Assembly: GCA_051294375.1 (NCBI GenBank) | Contig: CM119269.1 | Location: 11,390,883-11,454,882 of the forward strand | DNA from: Paraspadella gotoi | Lineage: Eukaryota; Animalia; Chaetognatha | Reading direction: 5' to 3' | DNA length: 64,000 bases | Shown: piece by piece, positions 27,775 through 39,800 of the stretch | Numbering within the stretch: position 1 is the first letter of the stretch | How the letters are laid out: each line of letters starts with the position of its first letter | The notes under the pieces: model-generated | Told to the model about the DNA's origin: nothing | Databases searched by the model: none | The model's input: the letters and a program-made list of their open reading frames with translations, nothing else | Translations under genes and position numbers: made by a program

Positions 27775-28110
27775 TGTAACAACGATTTTTAATTAATAGT
27801 TGGACATGTTTCGGCTTGTTTACTTCAAGCCTTCATTAGCATATGACATTCAATAATAAATTTGTGTAAAAGAAGAGTGTGGAGAGAGAGAGAGAGAGAG
27901 AGAAAGGAGAGAGAGGGTAAAAGTTTTTCCAACAAAGTGGTGAGACAGAATATGGTCAGATGTGAGGACAGGTTGAAGGTAAGGGCAGATTGAGTGAGTT
28001 GTGAAAAGAAGTGAAACTTGTTAAAGAGAGAGAGAGAGTGAAAGAGAGAGAGAGAGAAAACAAAACAACAGGGATAAACAAATAATGAAGATACATTTTT
28101 GCTATGTACA
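27775..28110 (-). mobile_element. Solo 3' terminal fragment of a Penelope-like element
   Basis: Similar to 5290-5600 (AACAACGATTTTT, hammerhead, GA-rich tract, GACAGG(T)TGAAGGT). No ORF. Confidence 0.7.
27800..27843 (-). ncRNA. Hammerhead ribozyme motif with one core substitution
   Basis: Minus strand TG-CTAATGA-A-GGCTTG-aagtaaa-CAAGCC-GAAAC-AT-GTC-CA. The G5->A change is probably inactivating. Confidence 0.7.
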
Positions 28111-29993
28111 AACAAAGATAAAGGAGTTTAATTAATTAAATAAATTAATGATGGCAACTACGACAATGATAATACCGACAATGACAAATTGATTGATTGC
28201 TTAATTTTTTGATTGATTGATTGAAATATTGATAATTGATTGATAATAATTAATAACTGATCAGTTCTGGCATTGTTAACTCAAACTTGTTTGTTTTTTG
28301 TCTTTTCATTATGACAAAAGAAATGATTACCCTGATGATGATTATATAGACAACGAGGATAGCACCATCATGATAGATTGAATGATTGATTGATCAAATA
28401 AAATAAATTACATATCAGGCCTGTTAATTTTTAGGTCTTTTTGTCAGGTCACTGACCAGGACAAAAGCAACAACGACGTTAGAGATGACAATGATAACAC
28501 TGACATTGTTTAATTGATTGATTAATTAATTGATTAATTAATTAATTGGTTCTTGGTTTTTTTTCATTTAAACTCATTTCCACTCGAACGATTCTTATAA
28601 TTTTACAAATCTTACAATTTTTTCATGGTAAAAATTTCACTTGTTATTTGTTAACAAAAAGATTGTTTAAAATTATTCTACAAATGAATTACATGTCTAA
28701 AGAGAGATATTTTTATAAATAATAACAAATGTAAAATTTCTAAAGGAAGGAAGCGATGTGCACTCGAAACCGAAAGCGATCCGGGCTAAAAAAGTAAGGA
28801 TTGCACCCCAAACGGGAGCGGGAGGGGTCTTGGAAGCGCCGGATTGGCAGCGGCGGAAAAATCGATCGCTTCCACATCTCTGGTTTCACTAAATTTTTTT
28901 TTCAAATGATCATACATAAATTGTAATAAAGTCAAAGTTGACAAAAAACAGTAATAGCAACAGTAAAGTGGTGCTGCTAATTTGTGGTAAAAAGTGAAAA
29001 TATACTCAAAAAGAAAATAAAAAAAGAAATTTGTAAAAAGAAAGAAAAGCAGATTAATAAAGTCCTACTCAAACTCCCCACCCCTCATCCCCAATCACCC
29101 AATCCCCATCCTGAATCCCCAACACCAAACTTTATTAATTATGGCAGCAGTGTGAAACAACATGTTGTGATTAATTGTGTAATTAAGTTAAAAATATACT
29201 CAAGAGAAGTAAAGGCAAAGATGTCAAGATGGAGCTCTTGGAGCTTCTTTAGCTTCTTCTACTATGGCAAGAAGACAAGCTGAATGATTGGCAAGTTGAT
29301 TGACCAGTTGACTATTGGCAAACTGACCGATTCTAATCTTAAAAGGCATTGCAGTGACAAAAGCATAAACCTACTGTTTCAAATGCCTTCTTCCTTCAGC
29401 GATGAACGCTCATTTAAGGAAGAGTCAATATAAATTAGAGCTTGAACAAGAAAATGAGAATATTAAGTCTCGCAAAAAAAATAGAAAAACACGAAAAAAA
29501 CTCACTCTCCTCCTCCCAACTAATCACTTCTTCACCTCCTTGTGCTAGGAAAATCGCCATTGTAATAATTAGTAATCAAAACATGAAGTTGAACCTTAGA
29601 CACTGTGAAATTGTAAATTACAATAATCATCAATATCAACAAATGAACTGAAACTAATCACCAATGTTAATCACCATGATACATCACTACTCCGCCTCCA
29701 TCGTCTTGTTTTCTTTGTTCTCCCCCTCAACTATATCGCCAAATTATCACCACAACAATATACAAACTTTAATCACCTTGCTTCAAATATCATCGCCAAT
29801 CCCACCTGTTTCTTATTAAAGATTGTGACCCCCCTGCAATTTGATTTGTTTTATATGATGACCTGTACCCCTACCCAAACCCATTCTCTTCTTTATCCCC
29901 TCCTCACATTCACAATTTCAGCACGGTTAGGCACTCTCACTACGTCTCACGCCATTCAAGGCCTGATACGCCATCTTGACCCAAGAGAGGGGC

Positions 29994-30239
29994 CCAGTAT
30001 ATAAGGTGATAGACAGACGCGGGTCTATTACCCCCTCCTTCTCATTCACCTCCTCTTCATCCTCCTCCCAGGGATTCGGGGCCGCGTTCACGAGATTCCG
30101 TTCACCTTCCCTCTCTTCTCCTACTAGCTTCTCTCCCTTTTTTTTACCCTCATTTTTGTCTCAGTATAGATTTCCTTCCGTCAATATATTAGTTTCCGCA
30201 TTCTCGTCCTTTACTTCCGGTTAGGATACCTTTTCAGAG
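29994..30239 (+). mobile_element. LTR-like segment, second copy (no tRNA downstream)
   Basis: Near-identical to 24718-24966 and ends TTTTCAGAG. It may extend upstream to ~29870. Confidence 0.6.
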
Positions 30240-30383
30240 CTAACTTTTTACCAACCCTTATTTAACCTTTAATCAAACTTACCCTTAACCATAATTTACC
30301 CTTCTTCTTAACTTACCATAAACCCTAATTTACCTTCAAACGTTCTAAACCATAACTTTATCCTACCTTAAGCTCTAACATAC

Positions 30384-30509
30384 CATGGCTTTGGTCTGTT
30401 AGGATAGGATAAGCAACAATGAAGGATCACTATTTGTGATGGCTCGCCTTTACCTGGATATATTGGGATTAAAGAGCCGAAATTCATGAAGGGTATAGGT
30501 AGGGGGAGA
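30384..30509 (-). CDS. Candidate exon, possibly glycosyltransferase (GT8-like H...KPW)
   Basis: AG..GTATGT-bounded open frame LPLPIPFMNFGSLIPIYPGKGEPSQIVILHCCLSYPNRPKP(W). Resemblance to GT8 is by eye only. Confidence 0.3.
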
Positions 30510-32368
30510 CTAACTCAATAAGGTGGTTAAGAAATTGAATTAAGCACCTACTCAAACGAAAATTTAGACATTTTTAAAAAATTTGAATAGACAAAATTTA
30601 TTTATATTACTCCATACTCCATATATTAATTTTTTAATATTTATTTATAAATAGGAAAGGCTAAAAATTTATTTTGGATTTTTTGATTTTTAAGATCAGA
30701 TTCAGGTAGCTTGCAAAAAGTTGTCTACACAAAGTATAATTCTTTTTTCGATATTTTGATCATAAGTATGTGAAAAATATGAAAAACTATTTATAATCAT
30801 CATCATCATCATTTTTCGATAATTTTATTACATAAATATTTTCGAAAGTTGTAGTAAAAATTCTTTATTTAACTTTTTATGCTCTATCAGAATCCATCAA
30901 AAAAAGTTAAGATTGATTAAAAAAAATTTTTATCATTATATAGTAATATTGTAATTTTAATAGCAACAATAAAAGCATTAAAATCGAACTTTTTTTAAAA
31001 ATTCTTTTTTTACCTAAAAGTAGACTTCAAGACTAAAGTTTTGAACCCCCGCCCCTATTGAATTTAATCTCATAGTAGATTTCTAGTATAGGTTCCCAAC
31101 TGATAACCTTTTCATTGTATAAACATAAAAGATACAAAATATCCAAAAATGTAATAATTAAAAAATAGGATAAAGAAAAGTAGTTTAAAATTATATTTAT
31201 GATATATATATTGGTAAAAAAAAATCATATATAACTTTGGTCCCCCCTCAAAAAATTATCCATTCCCACCCCTTTCTGTTCAGCCTATTAGATATTATGA
31301 TTTTTTATTAATGACTTTCTAACAGGAATGAAGTGTGATATTTATTAGAAAACTAGGACAGATTGTAATCTAACCTTGTGTTGTATAGATGCTCCCTCTA
31401 TTTCCAGACGACAACACTGACTTCCCCTTCCCAAAGTGAATAATAAGATATATTGATAAGTAATATATTTTTAAGAAAGCAATACATATATATTTAAAAA
31501 ATATAGATTAAATAGTAAATCCTTCATAAAAAATAAAAATAGAAAATAGTGAAACAAATAATTTGTAAATTTTCATAATCTTAACCCGAACACAAATGAA
31601 ATAATATTAAAATTTTGATATCTGAATCATTCTATTTTTTTTTTCGAGAACTTCTCCTCTTCCGTTCCGTTTTGCTCTTCTTCTACAGTTAATTTATTAA
31701 GAAAACCCTTGCTCTTCATTTTCTCATAGGCGTATGGTCGTATGGACCTCCATTCATCAATCATAATATCGTTTGAAAAAAAAAAGAATATTTTAGGAAT
31801 AACGTGGGATGAATTAAAATAAAAATGAACTGTTAAAATTTGGTTAAAAACAAGTACAGTGTAATCTGTACTCTTTACTCTGTACTACAGAGAATAATAA
31901 CGATGCGCCAGCATCTGCCCTTTTGTTTTCTGCTGACGAAAGGGCGCGCATCGTGTCTTAAACAGAACAAATTGGTAGTTTTAAAGGGAAAAAGAACAGT
32001 TTCTTGCAATTTTTGCTATTTACAATACATGTTTCTGAAATAAATTTTTGACTAATTTTCCTACAATAGAATAGAATTGAATAGAATACAATAGAATAGA
32101 ATAATATTATGAAAATCTAATATTTTACTTTACTTGAAAGAAATAACCTATACTAAAGAAAAGTAATTAAGACAAAGAAAACTGTACAACGGCAATATAA
32201 ATCATATTATCTAACTTTGAAACATTATACTATAATGATAATATAATATATGAAATTGGTACAACCAATATAATAAATAATTATAAATAAATAAATAAAT
32301 AATTATAATATAATAATAGACGAAATAACAATTTTTAGTTTTTCACAACAAATTTTTATTTTTATGGT

Positions 32369-32411
32369 AGCAGACATGTTTCGAACGTATATTTCGTTCA
32401 TCATCAGTGCT
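32369..32411 (-). ncRNA. Minimal hammerhead ribozyme (intact) at the 3' end of PLE B
   Basis: Minus strand AGCA-CTGATGA-T-GAACG-aaatata-CGTTC-GAAAC-AT-GTC-TGCT. Confidence 0.88.
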
Positions 32412-32850
32412 GAGACTGAATTACAAAATTTGGTATTGAGAGAGTGAAAGAGAGAGAGAAAAGACAAAGGGATAAAGCTTCTAACAAAGGATTGAGGGAA
32501 AGGCAACATTAGAGGGTGAGGAAAGCTGAAGTTTTAGCTCAGATTGAGGGATAAAGAAGGGAAAAGAAAATGAAATCAGGGGAGAGATAATACAAAGGCA
32601 ATAAATTAGGCTTTACATTGAATAATGTACAACTAATAAAAAGCATTGTAAACTAAATTGAAAAGTAGAGAGGTAAACAAAATTAAAAATTAGAAATTGA
32701 AATTAAATGATAACAATAACAATTGGAATAAATTAGATTTAGTTTAGTTTAGTTTGGTTTGAAAATAGAAAGTTGAAAATGAAGTATTGTGAAAGAGAAA
32801 GATAAAGAAGAAGCTCAAAATGAGCTGGACCCCTCCCCCTTTATAGGCCG

Positions 32851-35120
32851 TCAGATGAGGGTCATTGGCAGGTTAAGGCTGGTCATTAGGATGGTCATTG
32901 GCCTGTGATCGGGTAGTGGGATAAGACCCATTGCAACCCTAATGTCCACGAGGCCTGTTATCCCTACAGCTTGCCCTCCTCTCCTCTGCTGAGGAGGAGG
33001 GCCTTGTTCCCTTATTGCCTGCTTTGCAGCTGGCTCAGGGACCCCGCCATCTTCCAGCTGCAGCCGTCTTTTGGGTGGGCGCCCGGGATAGGGAGAGTCA
33101 TCCCGGGTTGCTACAGTTGAAGATGCGGTACTGCTTGGCCACTGACGTGCCAGGGAAGGTCTCCCTCTGTCCCGTTGAGTAGGGACAGGGGAGTTGTTGT
33201 GGGGCTTGGGTGGTTCAGGACGAACCACCACGCCACTGAGGAGCGAGTCATAGCTGGGGGGCAGCTGGAATCGCCTTCCATCACGGTTCAAAGAGGGCTC
33301 GAGGGCTTTGATGTAAATTGCCTCTCTAATACCTCTTGTGTACCAGTTATTGTCTCTGGCCAGCATGAGACAGTCAGTTTCTCTAAACAGATGGCCTGTT
33401 TCATGCGCGTGCTCTGCTATGGCCGACAGGAAGTGACCATATTTGTCTCTAGAGGGACGTTTGTGTTCTTTGAACCGATCTGTCAGAGACTTCCCTGTCT
33501 CACCCACATATGCTGCTGCACAGGGTTGGTTGCCCGTCCCTGCACAGGCTGCCATATAGACAGTGCCTGACGTACTGGGTTTGGGGACTTTGTCTTTCGG
33601 TTTCACCAGTAGTTCGCGTAATGAACCACGAGCCGTTACTGAGGTGGAAATCCCCTGCTTGGTGAGCACCCGCACCAGCGGCTCAGTGACTCCCTGGTGG
33701 TAAGTAGACAGCATTGGCCAATGGTTCTTTGCCGTTTCTGTTTAGTCTCCGGTGCCACTGTGGTGGGCGGCGGTGGGTTTTCCACAGCAGACGGCTCTGC
33801 CTCAAGGGGGGGTGAGGCGAGAATCACGTGATTGGCTACTTGGGCAGCCCCCTGTTGGCCACTGCCCTCAACCGGGTGGCATTTGTATCTGGCCTTCTCG
33901 AATGCCCACAGAGGGTAACCATTGATCGCCAGGGCTTTTTTTACATGCTCAAGTTCGGCGGCTTTAAGCATGGGCGTGGAGGGAATAAGTTTGGCCCTTC
34001 TGGTTAAGGATGATACTGTAGAGAGTTTGTGCGACAGTGGAGCGTGTGATTCGAACGGTATATACTGATCAGTGTGCGTTGGCTTCCTATATACCGAAAA
34101 TTCCAAGCTTCCGTTGTCCTTACGTGTGATAAGGACGTCAAGCATAGGAATTTTTCCGTCTCTCTTTTTCACACGTCCATTTAATGGATCTCTCGATGGC
34201 GTTGAGATGCTGCAAGAGCTGATCTGGGAGATCCCTCTTTACTGCCAACACCGTGTCATCGGCCTTCCTAAACCAAAAGAGAACCGAGTCCTCTCCATGT
34301 GCTTGCCGAAAAGAGGCCAAAGCTTCCACCTCATAGTCTTCCATATAGAAGTCTGCCAGAGGACTAGATGTGAATTTGCCCATCCCTAAGCCACCAGGCT
34401 GAGCATAGTAAGTCCCATCGAACCTGAGGTACGCCAGTTTCAGGTCGAGTCGCAACAGTGCCATGATATCCTCCACTTGGATTGGTGTATGCTCGTGTTA
34501 CATCCGGTCTCCCTTGAGGCGGCTCAGCAGATGCCAAGGCTTTCTCTTGTGGGATGTTGGTAAACATGCTTTGCAAGTCACACGAGACCAAGAGATGGGN
34601 NNNNNNNNNNNNNNNNNNNNNNNNTATCAGGCACTATGGTTTGTTGCAACTTTTCTGTCAGATCCACAGAATTTCTGAGGTGGGTTGGTTTCCGACTAGA
34701 GGAGTGAGGATTCTCCCAACTCCTTAGTCATTCCATTAAAAATGGAATTACGGGCAGAGACGATCGGGCGCAGTGGTAAGCCGGGCTTATGCACCTTGGG
34801 TTGACCGAAAAAATAAAGGAGGCTGCGTTGAGTCAGGATTGACTCTGTGGAATACTGACGGGGGGCAGTATCCATGTATTTTGCTTGTCACTAACTGGAA
34901 CCGAGCCCTGTAGGCTAGGGTGATCCTTAGGCAGAGGCTTATATTCCCCACGATCAGCCATCATAGCCTTTACTTTCTCCTTATAGTCATGGGCGTCCAT
35001 GACTACCGCAGCCCTTCCTTTATCAGCGGGATGAACCATAATTGCTCGATTTTGCTTAAGTGAGGCAATGGCCTTGCGCTCACTTTCACTGACGTTTTGC
35101 GGGGGCGGTGCCCGCTCGCG
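32851..35120 (-). pseudogene. Frameshifted PLE polyprotein (RT - linker - GIY-YIG - C-terminal tail)
   Basis: ORF pieces 34833-35153, 34364-34591, 34138-34476, 33636-34172 and 32851-33714 join in domain order. Confidence 0.9.
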
Positions 35121-35523
35121 GTTTGAGCTTCTTTCTTTATCTTTCTCTTTCACAATACTTCATTTTCAACTTTCCATTTTCCAAACCAAACTAAACTAAA
35201 CTACAATTTATTCCAATTGTTATTGTTATCATTTAATTTCAATTTCTAATTTTAATTTAGTTTACCTCTCTACTTTTCAATTTAGTTTACAATGCTTTTT
35301 ATTAGTTGTATATTATTCAATGTAAAGCCTAATTATTGCCTCTGTATTATCTCTCCCCTGATTTCATTTTCTTTTCCCTTCTTTATCCCTCAATCTGAGC
35401 TAAAACTTCAGCTGTCCTCACCCTCTAATATTTGCCTTTCCCTCAATCCTTGTTGGAAGCTTTATCCCTTTTGTCTTTTCTCTCTCTCTTCTCTCTCAAT
35501 ACCAAATTTTGTAATTCAGTCTC

Positions 35524-35566
35524 AGCACTGATGATGAACGAAATATACGTTCGAAACATGTCTGCT
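35524..35566 (+). ncRNA. Minimal hammerhead ribozyme (intact), inverted copy
   Basis: AGCACTGATGATGAACGAAATATACGTTCGAAACATGTCTGCT, the exact reverse complement of 32369-32411. Confidence 0.88.
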
Positions 35567-36324
35567 ACCATAAAAATAAAAATTCGTTGTGAAAAACTAA
35601 AAATTGTATTTTCGTCTAATCATTCTACCAACAAAAAGAAAAGATTTACAACAATTAATTAATTATATATTATAATAATAATATAATTTATAGCAGTCAT
35701 TTGTTTTTTTTTACTCAACCGAGAACAAAAGATCAAATAACTAATCAAAGAGTAATTATTGCTTTGTTTTTCGCCGCCTCCAACTCTTGCATGTGCCCTC
35801 TCTAGAATCTCGTCTCAAATCCGCATCCCTGGTTTCTTTACGCTTTCTCTCCATCTCTTTTTGTTCCAGCATGCTCGCTCTCTCGCTCTCTTTACCACCC
35901 ACTTTTATCCTTCCACCAGTTTTTTCCTTCCCTCCTTCATTCCTACATTTCCTATTTCCTTTTGTGATGAAAAGAGTGAATAAAAAATTGAACTGTTGAT
36001 GAAGGTTTGGGCGGAACGGGGATAAAGGACAGGAATGATTGTTTGAGGAAAGCGGAAGAGGAGAGAGAGAGAACTGTGGCATCTCTCAAAGAAAAAAATT
36101 CTAACTTTGAATTTCTATACCTTCAAATTTCTCATATATTAGTTGTTAGAGAAAAGGAAAGAAAGATTTTTTTTTTGACTGCCCTAAAAAGATATTTTGG
36201 AAAAACTTTAATGGCGTACCGAATTCTTTATAGGCTATTTCATAATTACAAAACGCGTCGATAACATTTTGACAGGAGAACACCGAGTTTTTTCGATTGT
36301 TTTCTTTGGAATACTTATATTTGA

Positions 36325-36510
36325 GTTGGTCCAATTGTAATCACACATCAGACATTTCTCGGCGACCCTGGACTGCTTCGCCAATCACTAGTGTTGGCTA
36401 TTATTGATCTCACGCACATAACGAGAGCGATGCGATAGCAATCCAAATAGCTATGCCGATAACGATGACGCTAGCGAAAGTGGCCGAGTGCGTAACAACC
36501 CTCAGCATTC
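36325..36510 (-). CDS. Candidate first exon of a type II membrane protein (duplicate at 41510-41700)
   Basis: MLRVVTHSATFASVIVIGIAIGIAIGIALVMCVRS is read from the 41.6-kb copy. It looks like a hydrophobic signal anchor. The frame is disrupted by indels in this copy. Confidence 0.25.
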
Positions 36511-36890
36511 AAACCAAAGCGACGAGACTCTTTTCATATGCAAATGGAAAAAAAGCAAAACCGCAAAAAAGGAGATGAAGCAGTCGCGAGCTTCAGAGGC
36601 CTCAATCCTTTTTTCTTTTTTTTCAAAACCTCCTCCTCCTTCTGCTCCTCTTTCTTCATTCCTCCCTTCATCTTCTTCACTTTCATCGCGTCTCTCGCTC
36701 TCGTTGTTTCTCCTTCGTCTTTGGCCTTCTTATTATTCTTTAATGTCGTTATTAGCCTTTTTCCTTCTTCTCTTTTACAAAGCTTTTTACACTGCGTGAC
36801 TTGTTCCTTTGTCAAGCCTATTGAAATTGGTCAAACCAATATAAAAAAAATTATCCATCATTTAATATAACGGAAGGCTATCTTGCCCTG

Positions 36891-39800
36891 GCCACGGTTC
36901 CTTTATACATCGATTTACTCGGCATGGATGTGCACCAAGAGGAACTGAGATTGTCCCGGGAATACGTTTCCGGACCTTTGGGCTACAACATAAAACGGGT
37001 AACTCAAATTTTTCCTAATGACAGTTTTTTTTTATAATAATATTAAAAATAGCTATATAAAATCATGAAAGTAGAATAAAAAAAATTTAAAAATGGTTTT
37101 TTAAATTTTATTTTAAAAATTGAGATATTCATGCATCATCCATAATCTATGAACAATTTACCTTTCGTTTGAGTCCAAACCCATTATTCTATCTTTAATA
37201 GTTTATTTTGTCAATTAAATTTTCTTTATTAAAAATTTATTTAATTTTTTTTTCAAATAATTTAAATTAAAAAAAATATAACTATGCCAAATGATTTGAG
37301 AAAACATTTTATTTATAAGGGACTTACCTTACCTAATATGAGGCCTTCAAAATACATTATATTAGTAAGGTATTATAATGATTCTGTTTGGACATAGAAA
37401 TAAATAACTAATAAAATTAAAAATATATGAAAAATTTTTTAAACTTTAATTTTTTTTTTTTAGCATAATTAAACATAATTATTAATTAATTGTTCTGATC
37501 GCTTTTATAGCTACTGGTAGTTGTATCATTCTCAATATATAATTTTTATTAACTTTTTTTTATTTAGTAATACTTGACTGCTATATTTACTTACCTTTTG
37601 ACAAACAATCCAAAAAAATTACTGGTATTTTAAATTATGTATGAAACAGACGAAAACTTTTTTAAAAATCACATGCTATTTTAAATTTGTTGAAACTGAT
37701 ATACATATCTAATCCTTGGAACAAAATTTTAAAAAGTTTTTAAACAATCCCAACTAGACATTTTTAAGTTGTCAAAGTATTAAATAAATTGATATTCGGG
37801 ACTGCTGCTTTGTAGGTTTTTAACTAATTAGTTAGCCTCTTTAATATGGACAGAAGAAAAGGGCAGGTATTATTTAACAGTTTTTTTATTTGATGGAAGT
37901 GGCATCAAAAGTTTTCTAACACATATTACCATCAGTTATATTGTTAATTATAGTAGATTTCCTCTATAGATTTTTTAATTTTTTGAAAACGTTTACTTTT
38001 TTTTCTATAATTTGACACGCAAAACGTTTTTTGATACGCGAAAAGGAGAATGGTAAAAAAAATAAAATAAATAGTACCAATAGTAGATATGTCTAGATAG
38101 GATGAAAAAAAAAACCTTGTTTAAAAAATGATTCGGGGAAGTGGAGTAACTAAGGTCTTACCCAACGGTACCTCCATGCTTGAATCGTTCTCTCCTATAA
38201 TTTTTTTTAATTAATACATTTCGAAAGGGAAAAAAAGAAAAATTCAAGAATTCAGGTGGCATTTAAAGGGGTAGAGAAATCTGTACCATAGTGACATGAT
38301 AAATAATGACCTTTTATTCTTGCGTAATGGGGGCAGTAAAGAAAACACTTAAAAATTGCAATCATTAATTCAGTTCAATGAAAACCCCTCTTATCGCGAA
38401 TTTTTTTTTTCTAATTAAAAATGGCCAGATGAATAAATAATAGAATTAAATTCCCTTTATAAAAGGTGTGTTATATTTAAAAGAAAATTTATCAATACAA
38501 TTCAACACATGATGTCTTGCTTTGTCAAATATGTCAAGGCAGTTAAGATAAGTTAATTTTTAAAATTTTATTATGATAAAACACAAGCAGTATATCAAGC
38601 TTTTTTCTTTGCACGTTTAAAAGAATAATGAAAAATTGATTATTTTTTTTTTCACAGACAAGAAGTAGACGTCCAGGACTGTTATATATTCAAGCTGGAA
38701 AACATTTATTATTTTAATCATTTTTTATATTTAAAAAAACATTTTATCAAGCTTAACTACAAATTTTTTTGCTTGTTTTACTTTAACTGAAAATACAAGC
38801 AAATTTTAAGTAGAGAAAATTTAATGGTAATTAAAATGTATTCACGACTTATTCCTCTTTTAATTTACAAAAGGAAAAAAACAAAAATTTATATGCCTTT
38901 CATTGAAAATTTGTAATTGGCAAAAAAACTGTTATTACTTTTAACTCGTTATTTAAATAAAAACTGGTAAAGATTTATGGACTTTAAAATTTAACCAAAA
39001 CTGTTCTAGAAAATATTGTCCCATGATTAGGGCTTAATTTGATAACCCACACCCACCTTGCTACCCTCTTTTTTTTCAAAAAGATAATTTCAAGAGAAAA
39101 ATTAAACTTTTTATTACTTTTTTTGCAAACTTGCAGAGTTTTTTTAAAAACCCTAACTTTTGGCCTTTAAAAAATGTCTAGTTGGGGATGTAAAACCTTT
39201 TTTTAAATTTTGCAAGGGATAATATATTATCAGTTCAACAACTTTAAATAGGGCATGTGATTTAAAACAAAAAAAAAAGTTTTCGTTTTCTCTGTTTAAC
39301 ATAATTTTTAATACCAGAGTAATTTTGGATTTGTCAAACAGTAAGTAAATTAATAGCAGTCAAGTCATACTAAAAATAAAAAAGTTTATAAATTATTATA
39401 ATTTGAGAATTTAATACAACTGACCAGTAGCTATTAAAAAGCATCATGAACAATTAATTAATAATTATGGTTTTATATGCTAACCAAAAAAAAATTTCAA
39501 AAGTTTTATAAAATTTTTTTCATATTATTTAATTTTATAAATTATTTATTTTCTATGTCAAAAACATCATCATAATTAAACACTACTATATATGTATTGA
39601 ACGCGCCTATATTAGGTACGGTTAAGGTCCCTTATATATAAAATTTTTCTTCAATCATTTGGCCATAGTTATAATTTTTTTAATTTAAATTATTTGAAAA
39701 AAAAAATATAAAATAATATTTTAATAAAGAAAAATAATTCACAAAAACAACTATAAAGATTAGGGAATAATGGTTAATGGACCTCAAACGAAAGTATCAA

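Larger units (their letters stand above)
26523..28882. mobile_element. hAT-like non-autonomous element with nested repeats
   Basis: TIR CAGAGATGTGGA / TCCACATCTCTG. Perfect 8-bp TSD GTTTCACT at 26515-26522 and 28883-28890. A related left end starts at 59557. Confidence 0.88.
32315..35619 (-). mobile_element. Penelope-like retroelement copy B, 5'-truncated, bracketed by ~500-bp inverted repeats
   Basis: HPADKG, VSCDLQSMFTNIP, GGLGMG, WFRKADDT, MLDVLI, VYRKPTHTDQY, and GIY-YIG (VY..YVGETGK..RFKEH..REAIYI..LNRD). The inverted repeats 32315-32819 and 35122-35619 are near-identical. Confidence 0.95.
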
